Shown: positions 50,718-62,949 of the stretch, in pieces
Position numbering within the stretch: the stretch's first letter is position 1
Layout of the letters: each line of letters starts with the position of its first letter
Assembly: GCA_965113315.1 (NCBI GenBank)
Contig: OZ220370.1
DNA: 64,000 nt
DNA from: Podarcis vaucheri
Lineage: Eukaryota
Direction: 5' to 3' (one strand)
Translations under genes and position numbers: made by a program
The notes under the pieces: model-generated
Seen by the model: the letters and a program-made list of their open reading frames with translations, nothing else
Told to the model about the DNA's origin: nothing
The model's database searches: none

Positions 50718-52294
50718 TAATCTGTTGTGCACAGGGCAGACTGTAAGACCTGCAGCTAGAATTCCAGTCATGGAACAAGGTTTACACAGGTGCTGCTTAA
50801 GCTCCGCCTCATTATCTGCACTGCTGCAAGATTAGTCATTGGGTTGCTGTACTGGTGCTCCACGAACACCAAAATGTTGCCACAGGGTAAGTGGGAAAGA
50901 GAGCAATGATCACCCCAAAATTCAGGAACACCACCCAGGAAAATTAAACTTGGCACATTTCTAGTTCACTGAAAGGTAGCAACTTGGGGTAGAAGAATCC
51001 AAAACCCTCTATAAGACTTAAAACAATTTCCCCACATTCTGAAACTCTATCAACTTCATTTTCACCAGACTTCACATCAGGAATTCTCTCCTTTTCCAAT
51101 ATTGCTGTTTATTGATTTGCAATAAGATTCTCAACTCTCCAAATCTGAGCATACTTACCATCAAATATATCAAAAAGGGACTCCAAAGGGATAACAGAAG
51201 CAGTTTTTAGAAACAAAAACAACCCACTTTTCACCCCAAATGAGAGAAGCAAAATTCCAAGTAATTCTATAACCATCCATTTAAGAGCCTAGCAAAATTG
51301 TTTCTATCACCAATTAAGTTACAATTCTCACCCCTAATTTCCACTAGACTATATCCAACTAACTCCAATTAGTAGACCCACTGAAATAAATTGATTAAAG
51401 TTTGCCATGTTTATTGATTTCAATGAGTCTACTCTGAGCAGGAGTTAGTTGGCTAGAACCCAATCTTATCTATCAGACAGCTTGCTCTTGCACCTCCCTC
51501 CCCACATCCTCACCATTCCCACTACCACCAGTTCCCACTCTGCTGGGTTTAATGAACTACAGGCTCTCTCCAGGAATAGTACTGCACATAAAGCCAGTCT
51601 TATCATTATGGCAGGAAAATCGGACACTAAGGTTCCAATTTGCAACTACACATAACATGGCTATTAGTCTGTTTTCAATGAAGATTTTATGACATCATTA
51701 CATAAACAACACATTTATAAAGTTTAGAAATAGAGATTATTTAAGATTTCCCTCATCAACACATCTGAAGTTTCCTAACATTCAATTTTCAAGACTGTAT
51801 TTCAGAGTGTGGCATAAGCACTTCCAATATACAAATGTTTAGCATATTTTTAATACTGTGAAGAATTAATTCAGAATCTTCAGAACCTATGAAGACAAAT
51901 CAAAGTTCTCTCTACTCATATCTCATATTTCAGCCACAGAACACTACCTGTTAGTGAGAGTCCTTGCACATCAGAAGCCTACAGCTGAAACTATATCATG
52001 TTTACCCTGGCAAGTATATTTTGGCAGATATAACCAGAGAGTCACACCAGTAAATGTTTCCACTCAGTTCTGATTTAAGTTTACCTGAGGCCTAAAATGT
52101 TTTCATTCAGTTTGGATTTAGTCTAATCAGGGTTAGGTAAACAGTGGCATTCCCCAACCTGGTTCAGCTGTGAAAATATGGCAAAACAGATTTTCAGAAG
52201 TGGTTGGAGCAGTATTAAAAGTACACAAAAGGTTTTCAGGGAGTTACTAGTAGCCATGTCCTTCTGAAAGGGAACCAGTGAGACATTTACTTAC

Positions 52295-52461
52295 ATTCTT
52301 CCTACACCTTCATACATTCGGGTTTCATCAGCCAAAGTCATAATCTCTGTATCAGTAAGATGTGCGTGCTTTTTCGTCCTGTTCAGTTGCTCTATTTGCA
52401 GATCTGCCAGTTTCACTTTTTGCTGGGTATCAATGACCTTGGCTTGAAGTTCTGTAAAAGC
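52295..52461 (-). CDS. PFDN1: Prefoldin subunit 1, exon 2
   Basis: Acceptor tatcAG|GCT, donor AT|GTAAGT, 167 nt. Encodes AFTELQAKVIDTQQKVKLADLQIEQLNRTKKHAHLTDTEIMTLADETRMYEGVGR(M). Confidence 0.98.
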
Positions 52462-52560
52462 CTGATATGGAAAGCAACAGCATAAATGCAGCTAGAGTTA
52501 GTAAAACTATCAATGACTGACTTCACACAGAGTTTCAGTGTAGTTGTAAAGTATACATGC

Positions 52561-53497
52561 AGTAAACCCAGCATGGATTTCTCAAAAACAGATCATGCTA
52601 GACAAATCCCATTTCTTTTTTGACAGAGTTACAAGCTTGGTGGATTATGGGAATGCTATGGATGTAGTGTATCTCTCCTTCAGTAAGGCTTTTGACAAAG
52701 TCCCCCATTATTGCAGAAAAGCTAGTAAAATGTGGGCTGGATGAGGTAACTGTTAGGTGGATTTGCAGCTGTTTGACCAAACCCAAAAAGTGCTCACTAT
52801 TGATTCCTCACCATCCGGGGGGCGGGGCGGGGGGAGGAGTGACAACTGCGGTGCCGCAGAGTTCTGTGTCAGGCCAGTTGTTGTTCACCATCTTTATAAA
52901 CGACTTGAAAAAAGGAATGGAGGGGATGTTTAACAAATCTGCAGATAACATCAAACTGGGAGGGGTAGCTAATGCTGCAGAAGACAGAATCAGGAATCAA
53001 GATAACCCTAACAGATTGGAGACCAAGGAGAATGCGGCAGCTAGACTGGTGACTAGGAATGGCCTCCAAGACCATATAACACTGGTACTGAAAGACTTAC
53101 ATTGGCTCCCAGTACGTTTCCGAACACAATTCAAAGTGTTGGTGCAGCCGTTTAAAGCCCTAAACAGCCTCGGCCTAGAAGGAGCATCTCCACCCCCATC
53201 ATTCTGCCTGAACACTGAGATCCAGCGCCAAGGGCCTTCTGGCAGTTCCCTCATTGCAAGAGGTGAGGTTACAGGGAACCAGGAAGAGGGCCTTTTCCGT
53301 AGTTGCCACCACTCTGTGGAATTCTCTCCCATCAGATGTCAAGGAAATAAACAATTATCCGACTTTTAGAAGACATCTGAAGGCAGCCCTGTTTAGGGAA
53401 GTTTTTAATGTTTGATGTTTTATTGTGCTTTTAATATTCTGTTGGGAGCAGCCCAGAGTGCCTGGGGAAACCCAGCCTGATGGGCGGGGTATAATTA

Positions 53498-53547
<50 letters not shown>

Positions 53548-53975
53548 CCAAGATGATCAAGGGTCTGTAAACCAAGCCTTATGAGGACAGGTTGAGGGAG
53601 TTGGGTATGTTCAGCCTGAATAAGAGACTGAGAGGAGATATGTTAGCCTTCATCAAATGTCTCAAGGGCTGTCACATGGAAGATGGAGCAAGCTTGTTTT
53701 CTCCTGCTCTGGAGGGTAGGACCCGAACTAATGGCTTCAAGTTACAAGAAAGGAGATACTGACTAAGCATAAGGAAACACTTTCTGAAAGTAACCGCTGT
53801 TAGACAGTGCAGCAGACTCCTTTGGGAGGTGGTGGACTCTCCTTCATTGGAGGTTTTAAGCAGCGGTTGGATGGTCTTCTGTCATGGATGCTTTAGTTGG
53901 GATATCTGCATTTCAGGGGGTTGGACTAGATGACCCTTGGGGTCTTTTCCAACTTTAAGATCAATGATTCTATGA
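52561..53975 (+). mobile_element. CR1 LINE 3' portion, internally deleted and interrupted by L2
   Basis: QHGFLKNRSC..., KLVKCGLDEVTVRWI, LFTIFINDL and SADNIKLGG, then after the L2 the CR1 3' end and tgattctatg tail. Confidence 0.9.
53029..53544 (+). mobile_element. L2-clade LINE 3' fragment inserted in CR1
   Basis: NAAARLVTRNGLQDHITLVLKDLHWLPVRFRTQFKVLV, L2 3' end and (TAT)n tail. accaag occurs near both junctions. Confidence 0.9.
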
Positions 53976-54697
53976 ACCTTTTACTAAGAAGCTGTTCACC
54001 TCTTATATCTCCTGACCAGATTCAGCCAACTATTGAATGGATAAAGAATTTGTCCCTGGCTGCAAGGACTGTCAAGAAAAGGAAGCAAAAGCTTCCAGCA
54101 GAGGAGAGGAACCATAAGCAATAATAATAATAATCGCAATTTAAAAATAACAGTAATAATAATACCCCACCCATCTTGCAGGGTTGCCCCACTTGTTCCC
54201 ATCTCTTGAAGATGACTAGGAGCTCAGGAGTGGGAGCATGCATGTGCAACAGGGAGTTGTTCTGGTCCCCTCTGCTGTCCTATTGAATACCGCTACAGGG
54301 AATGCAGTTCTCAACAGAAAAGGGTTCCCCATCCCTACAGCCCTTCCAATTTCACCTGCTGCCACCACTGATTTTTTCCTGCCAACAAAAATACTTATGT
54401 GATCTTCCCCAGCCATCAACACCTTTCCACGCCTCCCTCTGTCTGCATTTTTTAATAACTTTCCTCTATGGCTTAACAGCATTTATCATCAATCTGGTGT
54501 GCTCTATAGTCTGCCTTGTGACAGCAGATACCAGAGCTGGTTCAAAGCATCTGTTCTGGCAGCTATGCTCAGAGGACCAACCACATAGTGCACCACATAG
54601 TGTCTACTTGAGAATGCTATGGTCTGGCATCACAGGTCAAAATCAGTGGCAAGTACATGCTGTTGAATCACACAGAAAAAGTCTTGGAAAGCACGTA

Positions 54698-55045
54698 CAG
54701 TGGTGCCTCGCAAGACGAAATTAATCCGTTCCGCGAGTCTCTTCGTCTAGCGGTTTTTTCGTCTTGCGAAGCAACCCTATTAGCAGCTTAGCGGATTAGC
54801 GCTATTAGCAGTTTAGCGGATTAGCGGCTATTAAAGGCTTAGTGGCTTAGTGGCTAAAAGGCTATTAGCGGCTTAGAAAAGGGGGGGAAGCGGAAAAAAA
54901 TCAGAACACTCGCAAGACGTTTTCGTCTTGCGAAGCAAGCCCATAGGGAAATTTGTCTTGCAAAGCAGCTCAAAAACGGAAAACCCTTTCGTCTAGCGGG
55001 TTTTCCGTCTTGCGAGGCATTGCGAGGTCTTGTGGGGCACCACTG
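54698..55045. mobile_element. Tc1/mariner (Tigger-like) MITE, family A
   Basis: TA|cagtggtgcctcgcaagacg...ggggcaccactg|TA, homologous to 9240-9583. Confidence 0.9.
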
Positions 55046-55974
55046 TATCACTGTATCAAGGTGGGGCCTGAGAAAAGAAATGAAGAATAAGTGACAGAAT
55101 GAGCAATTTGGGCAATGCAGTGAAGTTTTAAAAACCGGGCATATATAAAGATGGGTGACAGCACAGTGAGATAAAGCTAATGTAAGACAGAATGGATGGA
55201 TGATGGATGGATGAAACACATGCTTGTGTGTCTGAGAAAGAAAGGGTGGATAAATTGATTGGTCGATGAATGGGAGAAGCTGGGGAACAGAGAACAGGCA
55301 ACCACTTTTGGCTTTGGCCCTGCCCACTCCCAGCTCCTTCCAATCCAGGTGTCCAGCTCTGAATCATTTTCCCTTGAGGGAATGTGTCCAACTTCAAAAA
55401 AGACTGCCCACTCATGACTTACAACCTATGGATCAACAGTCAAAAATGTATCAGGTAACAGTATCAAATTAATCAACAGTAATATGATTACACTGAAAGT
55501 AAAAATAATTCTCCAAGAACTAAGCAGCTAGGGTATATGGCCTCTGCTACATCATCCCTCTGTAGCATTTCTGTTCCTCTCCAGTAAAACAGCTGGCCTG
55601 ACTCATTCATTGACATTTGCTTAGCTAGCCAAGCATTCACCAAGCCGCCTCCCTTCATTCAACAAGCAGAGAAAGTTTGTCCTACACAGCAACAGTAGGT
55701 AGGGAGGAAGCTTAACACCATTTATTGCTGTGGAGGGTAAACTACTACAGAGCTGTTAATTGTTAACTATATGACCTAAGAGTGAAAGTTCTCAATGAAC
55801 TGAGGACCTAACACCCCCCTCCCACTAAATGCATATTTAATATATCAGTTGTAATAGTAATAGAAAGCACAATGTCAATGCTATCAATATATCGTCCAAA
55901 ACCACTTTGAAGTTCACATAACTGTTTCATAATGTATGACCTGGCAATATTTCACAAATTACAACGTGTGAGAA

Positions 55975-57615
55975 GGCTGGGCGATATCTGGTTTTCAACA
56001 TCGCAATATATCACCAGCAGAACACTGCAATATATCACGAGCTAAACATCACAATGTCTGAAATAAGGATGGAATTATGCAGAGTGAACAGGGTAACGTA
56101 CTGGCAATGGCTACTATTTAGGGGTCTAAACCAGGTAATTGACGATATTATTAATTACCACACAGCCACTTTCATCAGCAGGAGCCAATATGCATCCAAA
56201 ATACATCACAATATATCAATATATCACAACAATAAGGATGGAACTAGGCAGAGGCAAACAGGCAACTGCTACTACTTAAGGGTCTAAAACTGATAAATGA
56301 CAATATTATCAATTGCCACCCAGTCACTTTCATCAGCAGGCAAGCCAAAATGCATCCAAACAGGACTTTTGCCTCTGGGCTTAGCTAGCAAATGTGATGA
56401 GTCATAGTGAAGTCAAATAATCGGGGGCTGACAGCAGGCTTGCTGGGCAGCAGAAATGGCGGTGGCCTGGCGGTGGCCGAAACAGTGGTTGCTGCAGTGG
56501 TGGGAGGTGGTGGCAGAAGCCACAGCAGCCTACAAGGCCATTTTGCGATGCCGGCAGGAGGAGGTGACAGAAGCAGTGGCCTGCAAGGCTATGTTATTGC
56601 GGCGGCACCCTGGCAGCAGAGGCACAAGCAGTGATGGCATGTGAGGCCTCACCACGGTGATAGCAAGAGCAACAGCAGTCTGTGAGGCCTTTTTGTATTC
56701 ACAGGAGCAGCGGCACCCTGTGAGGTCGTGTGGCGGCAGCAGCAGTGGCCTGAGAAACCTCACCGCAATGGAGAGAAGCAGCAGCAATAGCAACAGCATT
56801 CTGTAAAACGTCAGAGCATTGGGAGTAGCAAAGGCAGGTGGTGGTAGTGACAAAATCAGCATCGCTACAGCAATCCAGTAGTATCGGCGGCAGTCTGCGA
56901 GGCCTCATTGCAGCAGCATAAATAGCAGCAGCCTGCGAGGCTTCTCAGCAGTACTGAGAAGTGGCAGAGGTCTGCGAGGGCTTGCCGGGGCAGGCTGTCC
57001 CCTCTTCTGCCACTGCCATCACGAAGCCATGCAGGCCGCCTCCGCAACACCACCTCGCAGGCTGCCACCACTTCTGCAACCACCTCCCACTGCTGTGGCG
57101 AGGTCTCACAACCCGCTGATTATTCTGCCACTGTTGCCAGGCTGCTGCCACTTCTACGGCTACCTCCTGTTGCCAGAGTGAAGCCTCACAGGCCACCACT
57201 GCTTGTGCTGCTGCAGCCGTGAGGACTCGCATGCTGCTACTGCTACCACCTCCCACGGCTGCAGCAAGCTCTTGCAGGCCGTGGCAAGGCCTGGCAGGCT
57301 GCTGCCACTTCTGTCACCACCATGACGAGGCCTGCAAGGTTGCTGCAGTTTTTGCTGCTACCGCCACCAAGCTACCTCTGCTTTTGCCACTGCAAGGCCT
57401 TGCAGGCCACTGCTACTTCTGCTGCCACAACAAGGCCTCAGAGGTTGCTGGCACTTCTGGCACTGCCTCCCACCACCGTGGCAAGGCCACTGCTTATTGT
57501 GCCACTGCTGCCAGGTACTGCTGCTTCTGCTGCCGCGACATGGCCTTGCAGGCTGCCACTGCTTCTGCCACCACTGTGAGGCTTCACAGGCGGCCACTGC
57601 TTGTGCCACTGCCAT
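55975..57615. repeat. Composite repeat: ~140-bp tandem duplication plus a 1.2-kb degenerate GC-rich fold-back region (probably a decayed DNA-transposon derivative)
   Basis: aataaggatggaa...atgcatccaaa occurs at ~56062-56200 and 56231-56360. 56430-56990 is rich in gcagcagtggcag and 57000-57615 in ctgccactgctgc. Confidence 0.6.
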
Positions 57616-58289
57616 AAGGCATGGAAATTAAGATGGGGCCCCTTTACTTTACTTCTGGTGCGTGACAGAACAGGCCTTACCCTTAACCCTGACATTTTCA
57701 GCGTCTGTAATAAATTTATGAACAGGCTGGGACAAAAGTAAAAAAAAAAGAGAGAAAGTTTACCTTTTCTCTCCTAATGTGGGGCATGTAATGAAGCTGA
57801 GATACAGGGCAGCCAAATTAACTTTTCTCTATGTAGCCTTTATTTTTGAACCTTTTTATAATATTGACGGAAGAGGCGTGGCAACGCAATTGGTGGTGGT
57901 GGCTATTGGCTTACATGATCTGAAAAGGAGCTTAGCCAAATTCATGGGAAACAGATCAAACTATTAACAATAACATGAAGAGAAGAAGAAAAGGTACCAG
58001 ACACTTTTAGTCCCGAGAAGGTAGCAGGGAGCAGGGATACAAGTCACAGGGTGGATACGTTTATTTGTATTGTTTTGGATCTATGAGGAAACCCCAATAA
58101 AAATATCCAGGGGAGGGGGAGGAAACTGTATCAGCCACGATGGTTACATGGTTCACAGACACCCTCCCTGGGGATGAAGGGGGGTCTTCCCGCCTCCACC
58201 CGGCTGAGAGAGAAGGGCTTTCCCAAGGCCCCGCCCCAGCCTCTCTCCCCTTGGGGGGGGGCATGAAGACGGGGGACAGAGACTCCTCG

Positions 58290-58720
58290 TGGGGGGGGGC
58301 GGCCCTGACTGCAACTCCCACCCTCCCCAGCCCGCAGAGTCAGAGGCCGAGGATGACGGGAGTTGTAGTCCGCGAGGAGCATCCCTCAGAGACCCTCCCG
58401 CCCCGAGCTCTGAGAAGGGCGGGAGCGATGAGGAAAATCCCGACAGCCTCGTAGCCCAACAAGGGCTGGCCACCAACGAAGCGGCCTTGCCCGGCTTCGT
58501 CCCCGCCCGCCATCAGGTACCTTCTTCAGCTCCAGATCCACGGGCGCCGCCATCTTGCCTGCTCTTCGGGTTTTTTTCCTATCCCCGAAGACAGGGTTGC
58601 GCATGCGCACTGGGGGGCGAGGCGTTGCTCTCCTTGCTTCGCCGCTGTTGCTGCTGCTCGCGCGGATCAGCGCGCGCATGCGTAGTAGAAGGGAGGCGAA
58701 AGCGGACTCTGTGCGGGGCT
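58290..58720 (-). promoter_or_regulatory. PFDN1 CpG-island promoter with NRF1 and YY1 motifs
   Basis: CpG-dense. Perfect NRF1 palindrome TGCGCATGCGCA at 58598-58609, a second near-match at 58673-58684, and YY1 CAAGATGGCGGC (minus strand, 58546-58557) overlapping the ATG. Confidence 0.85.
58521..58553 (-). CDS. PFDN1: Prefoldin subunit 1, exon 1 (coding part)
   Basis: aagATGG Kozak context. Encodes MAAPVDLELKK, donor AAG|GTACCT. Confidence 0.96.
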
Positions 58721-59928
58721 GGGGATTATAGAGCTACTAAATTGTGTACCCGTAAATCGCAAAACATGACACGACTGTCCAAAACTGGGTCACTAGGTGG
58801 GTAAAATACTATCCTGCTGGCCGCTTTCTGAGTAAGTGATAGACTTAAGCCTATAAGCGCGCGAGGGGTAGTGAGGATCCCCCACCTCCGTTGGTTCCCT
58901 GCAAATGGATCCCGTGAAGTGATCTGCCTTTCTTTTGCTGCTGAAAGGATCACAGTACAGTGGTGCCTGGCTGCCTTTGCTTAGCTAGGAAGATCCTCGG
59001 AGAAAGCATAAATCTCCTTTCACATCTTGCAGTTGCGTTGAGAAGGGTGGATGGGCGCGTGCATGGACGCAGCTGACCCTCTAAATCAAGTAAATCAATA
59101 AAAATACTTAACTAGCTGAGGTTCTTTCCTCCCCAACTTGAAGCCTCCCCCCCAAGGGTGGGTGGGTGGCTTATGTGGGCCAGCTTTTATTAGTTTGTTG
59201 TTGTTAAAAGTAAGTCAAGTTTCTTCTTCTTTTTAAAGCATACACTGTTGAGCTGTTGGGAAGCTGCTTGGACTGTGATGAATAATGATGGACTCCGTAC
59301 ACATTTCCAAAAAGATAACAGCTGCCATTCTAATTAAAGTGATTCACTAGAAACAAGCAAGATTCCATCTGTAGCATAATATTGAGGTACATGTTAGCAG
59401 CCCCTGGGTTCTGTGCTAATCATTATAAAACTAGAATGTTTCTCCCTTGGGCCAAGATGACTATTTTTTTAAGGGAACAATTTGTTATTTTTGTTTTACT
59501 GGTAATTTTAGTTCCCATATCAAAGGCTGTTCCATGAAGACCTCAGCAGACTTCAAAATTTCAAGAGTGCTGTACTGTTAATACTTTGAAGGGAGCCTTG
59601 CAAGGAAAACTATAGTACAGTATGTATTGTAGGAAATGAGGTGCATGATTCATTTGTTGGCACTTATTCCTCTGAGTCAGTGTTAAGTCAGAAACTTTGC
59701 ACAGCGATAGCGGGTGCTCTGCAACTGAGGGATCTCTCTTCCAGATGTCATGAAGCCAAGACGCTGGCCAGTGCCCATTCCACTATGTTTGAGATGCTAA
59801 CTGGAAAAATCCCAGCTGCAGAAGTTTCAACAACCTGCAGACAGTCTGCTTCTCAAACATCCTCCTTGGAGTAAATGGAAGGAAAAGGAAGGGAAATAAA
59901 ACCCAGCCTCCCCTCCCTCTCACTAGCC

Positions 59929-60180
59929 CAGGGGTCAGCAACCTTTTTTAGCAGGGGGCCAGTCCACCGTCCCTCAGACCATGTGGGGGGCCAGACTATA
60001 TTTTTTGGGGGGGGGAATGAACAAATTCCTATGCCCCACAAATAACCCAGAGATGCATTTTAAATAAAAGCACACATTCTACCCATGTAAAAACATGCTG
60101 ATTCCCAGACCGTCCGCGGGCCAGATTGAGAAGGCGACTGGGCCAGATCCGGCCCCCGGGCCTTAGGTTGCCCACCCCTG
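59929..60180. mobile_element. hAT (Charlie-like) MITE
   Basis: caggggtcagcaacc...ggttgcccacccctg with 8-bp TSD cactagcc/ctctagcc (CTAG core). Confidence 0.92.
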
Positions 60181-62331
60181 CTCTAGCCCCAGCCTTGATT
60201 CTCTTGGGCAGACGCAACTCCTTTCTTACATTTCTACTGCATCCATACTTATAATTGGGGGCGGGGCGGGGGGAGAAATGTTAGTAAGGCAAGTTCTGGA
60301 TTCCCTCTGAATTGTGAGGAAAAGAGCTGGCACACGAAGGGTAACTAATTTGCTGTCCCCAGTTTAAGGACTGGAGGTAGCAGGATGATTGTCATCTGTC
60401 TTGAGCAGAGCAAACCTAGTTGAGTGCCTTCCGATTGTGCCTGTAACTGCCATTAGTGGAGGGCTGTTTCATGGGGACTGTAATAGGGAATTGTTTATTC
60501 ATCCTGAACTGCTGCCAAGCAGAATATACTTTGCTTCGGCTAGAGGTGACTTGCTACTTAGAGGTCTGCACTAACAGGTCATCTTTCCAGTGCAGTTTCA
60601 ATTCCTTACTTTGAAAGAGAGAAATTTACTCCCTTGTCATTCAAAATTTGTTAGTGCCACAAAATACTGCATTTGGCAAGATGACTTGTCAGCACTTTCT
60701 GACTAGGAACCATTACTCTGGGTTTGTGGCTCATGCCCATGTTCAAAACACGAAACACCGATCCTGTGAAGATTAACAAATGCAGTAAAATGAGTCTGAG
60801 TGAATTTTGCCTCAGTTGCTGAAGGTGCTCCTTTTTCCTGCCTCAGTTGTATAGGAAATTAGCTGCAGAGAGAGAGGAAGAAACAAAACAATGATCTGAA
60901 TGCCTCCTGGCATCACTTTCAGGTCACAGGGTCAAGCATGTCTTTATTTCAGCAGGACAGGAAGTAATATGTTGATTGTTTGCTCCTCAGAGTGAGGGAA
61001 ACTACCTCAACAGCAATGTGCTGTTAAGGTCACATTCCTAACTACATCCTACAGCCCTTTTGCAGCTACCAGATGCACATTCTAGCACAGCTACATCCTC
61101 TGCGTCAGTCCTCTGAAGAAAATCAGCATTGCACTGCAGCAGTCCAGTCCAGTCCTATGCAGAATTACTTGAAAGAGCCACCAAGTTCAGTGAGGCCACC
61201 TCCCAAGTAAGTGTGAAATTTTAAGCTGCAAGATCCAGAAAGTCCAGGCAGTGCTACAGCAGGAAGGGAAAGGCTCTGTTTTGAAAGATGAAAAAGGGCT
61301 TAGCCCACCATCATAGTAAGACAGTTTAGAGAAACTGCTTCTGAAATGCCAAATTGTCTTTCTCTCAGCATTAATATCAAGAGCCAATTTGCACCCATGT
61401 AGATTAGGAAGAAGGGACTTTCCTATGACACACACATACACACACACACACACACACACCATTTCCCACAGGGCCTGGGTGAGCATCTGCACGCTGCTTT
61501 CTGCTTGGAGGGGAGCTGCAGGAAATTTCTGCTGCCCCTTAGTTTTCTGCAATGGCAACAACAACCATCCTTCTGCCATCTGCCCTTCCTCAAAGTGATT
61601 GCATTGCCTGCCGTGTGTCATCCTTCCCCTTGCTGCCTGCTGCCTTTTGCCATGGTCTTGATGGTCACTCTTTCATGATCTGATTGTAACCTCATCTTGG
61701 CTTTTCTGTGTGCTGATTCAATCAGGGAATGCTGTGGCTGGTGACAAATGCCCTCCCCCTCCCCCTTCCGTTTTTGACCCTGACTTGGTGCCCAGGAAAG
61801 AAAGTGCCAAGATGTGCTTCATAGAGGAGGTTAAGCGCTTGCATTCCTGCATATTTTCATGTATATCATATTTGGCAAATGCTCTATTCAGCCTCTGTCC
61901 CAGCAGACAAAGAGGGGATCGGCGTCATCAGACTGGAAAAGCTGCTGGAGTTGAGGGTCTCCGCTCTGTCTGCAGGCCAAGGGTCAGGCAGTGCATGTAG
62001 AAAGAACTGGGGAGTATTCTTCCATGGTGGCACATCTGACCTGAGGACAGAAAACTCTTTCTTGCTTCTAGCACACAGGGGGGGGGGTGTCTCTCACCAC
62101 TCCAGCTCGCAGCCACAAGGGGCAGGGAGGGGGCTGCACTTCTATGGACATGTCCACCTCACATCTCCCAAGCACTGCAATAGCTGCACTAATCCCACTG
62201 CTACCACCAAGCTGTTCTGGCTACCACACTTCTGTGTTCGCCCAAACAAAGACTTCTGATGCCATGCACTCAGAATCCCCAGAGAAAGGTCACATATTTG
62301 GGTACAAGCAACACTGATCCGCAGGGCCACC

Positions 62332-62748
62332 TTTTTTTAAAAAAAATGATATTTATTGAGAATTTAAAATTACAGTGAAAAAAGGAAAAGGAAAAAAGAT
62401 AGACAAAAAAGGAATTAAACAATATAAGTCAGTAAAAAGAAAAAAGAAACAAAAAACAAAACACATAATACATCCAAACCAAAAACAAAAGCAAACAAAA
62501 AAATTAAAAACAAATCCAATATTCCCAAATCTTTATCTTTCGTTAACTTGTTTCATTGACCTCCTCACACCTCCCTTTTTTGTATTCTAGTTATTCATTA
62601 TCTCAGCAAATCCTTTCCATCTTTCACTATATTCTGTCATTAAATTACCTTAATTTATTTTAACCTTATCTTACCATAAAAAGCCCTAAAGCTTAAAACT
62701 TAAAACTTATTTATACATAATTACTTTTAGCATTTCTACTAAAGCCAG
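62332..62748 (-). mobile_element. Probable L1-like LINE 3' UTR fragment
   Basis: T-run followed by tttatt (AATAAA plus A-tail on the minus strand) and strongly skewed A-rich sequence. Family assignment is by appearance only. Confidence 0.45.
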
Positions 62749-62749
62749 T

Positions 62750-62949
62750 ACAGTATGTGTGACTTTAAAGAGCACTTAATAAACTCTTGTGTACCAAATT
62801 TGGCTTTGTTTGGACTTTTTTTTGACCATAGGAACCCATTAATTGAATTTCAATGCATTCCTATGGGATTTCGTGCTTCGCAAGACGAAAAATTCGCTAG
62901 ACGAAAAAACTCGCGGAACGAATTAATTTCGTCTTGCGAGGCACCACTG
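62750..62949. mobile_element. One-ended relative of Tigger-like MITE family A
   Basis: Ends ...ttcgtcttgcgaggcaccactg|TA. Internal sequence differs from the 9240 and 54698 copies and the other TIR was not found. Confidence 0.75.

Noticed and set aside
8866-59678. About a dozen TGA(G/C)TCA AP-1 motifs
   Set aside because: Roughly 8 are expected by chance in 64 kb and no convincing cluster can be called without conservation data.
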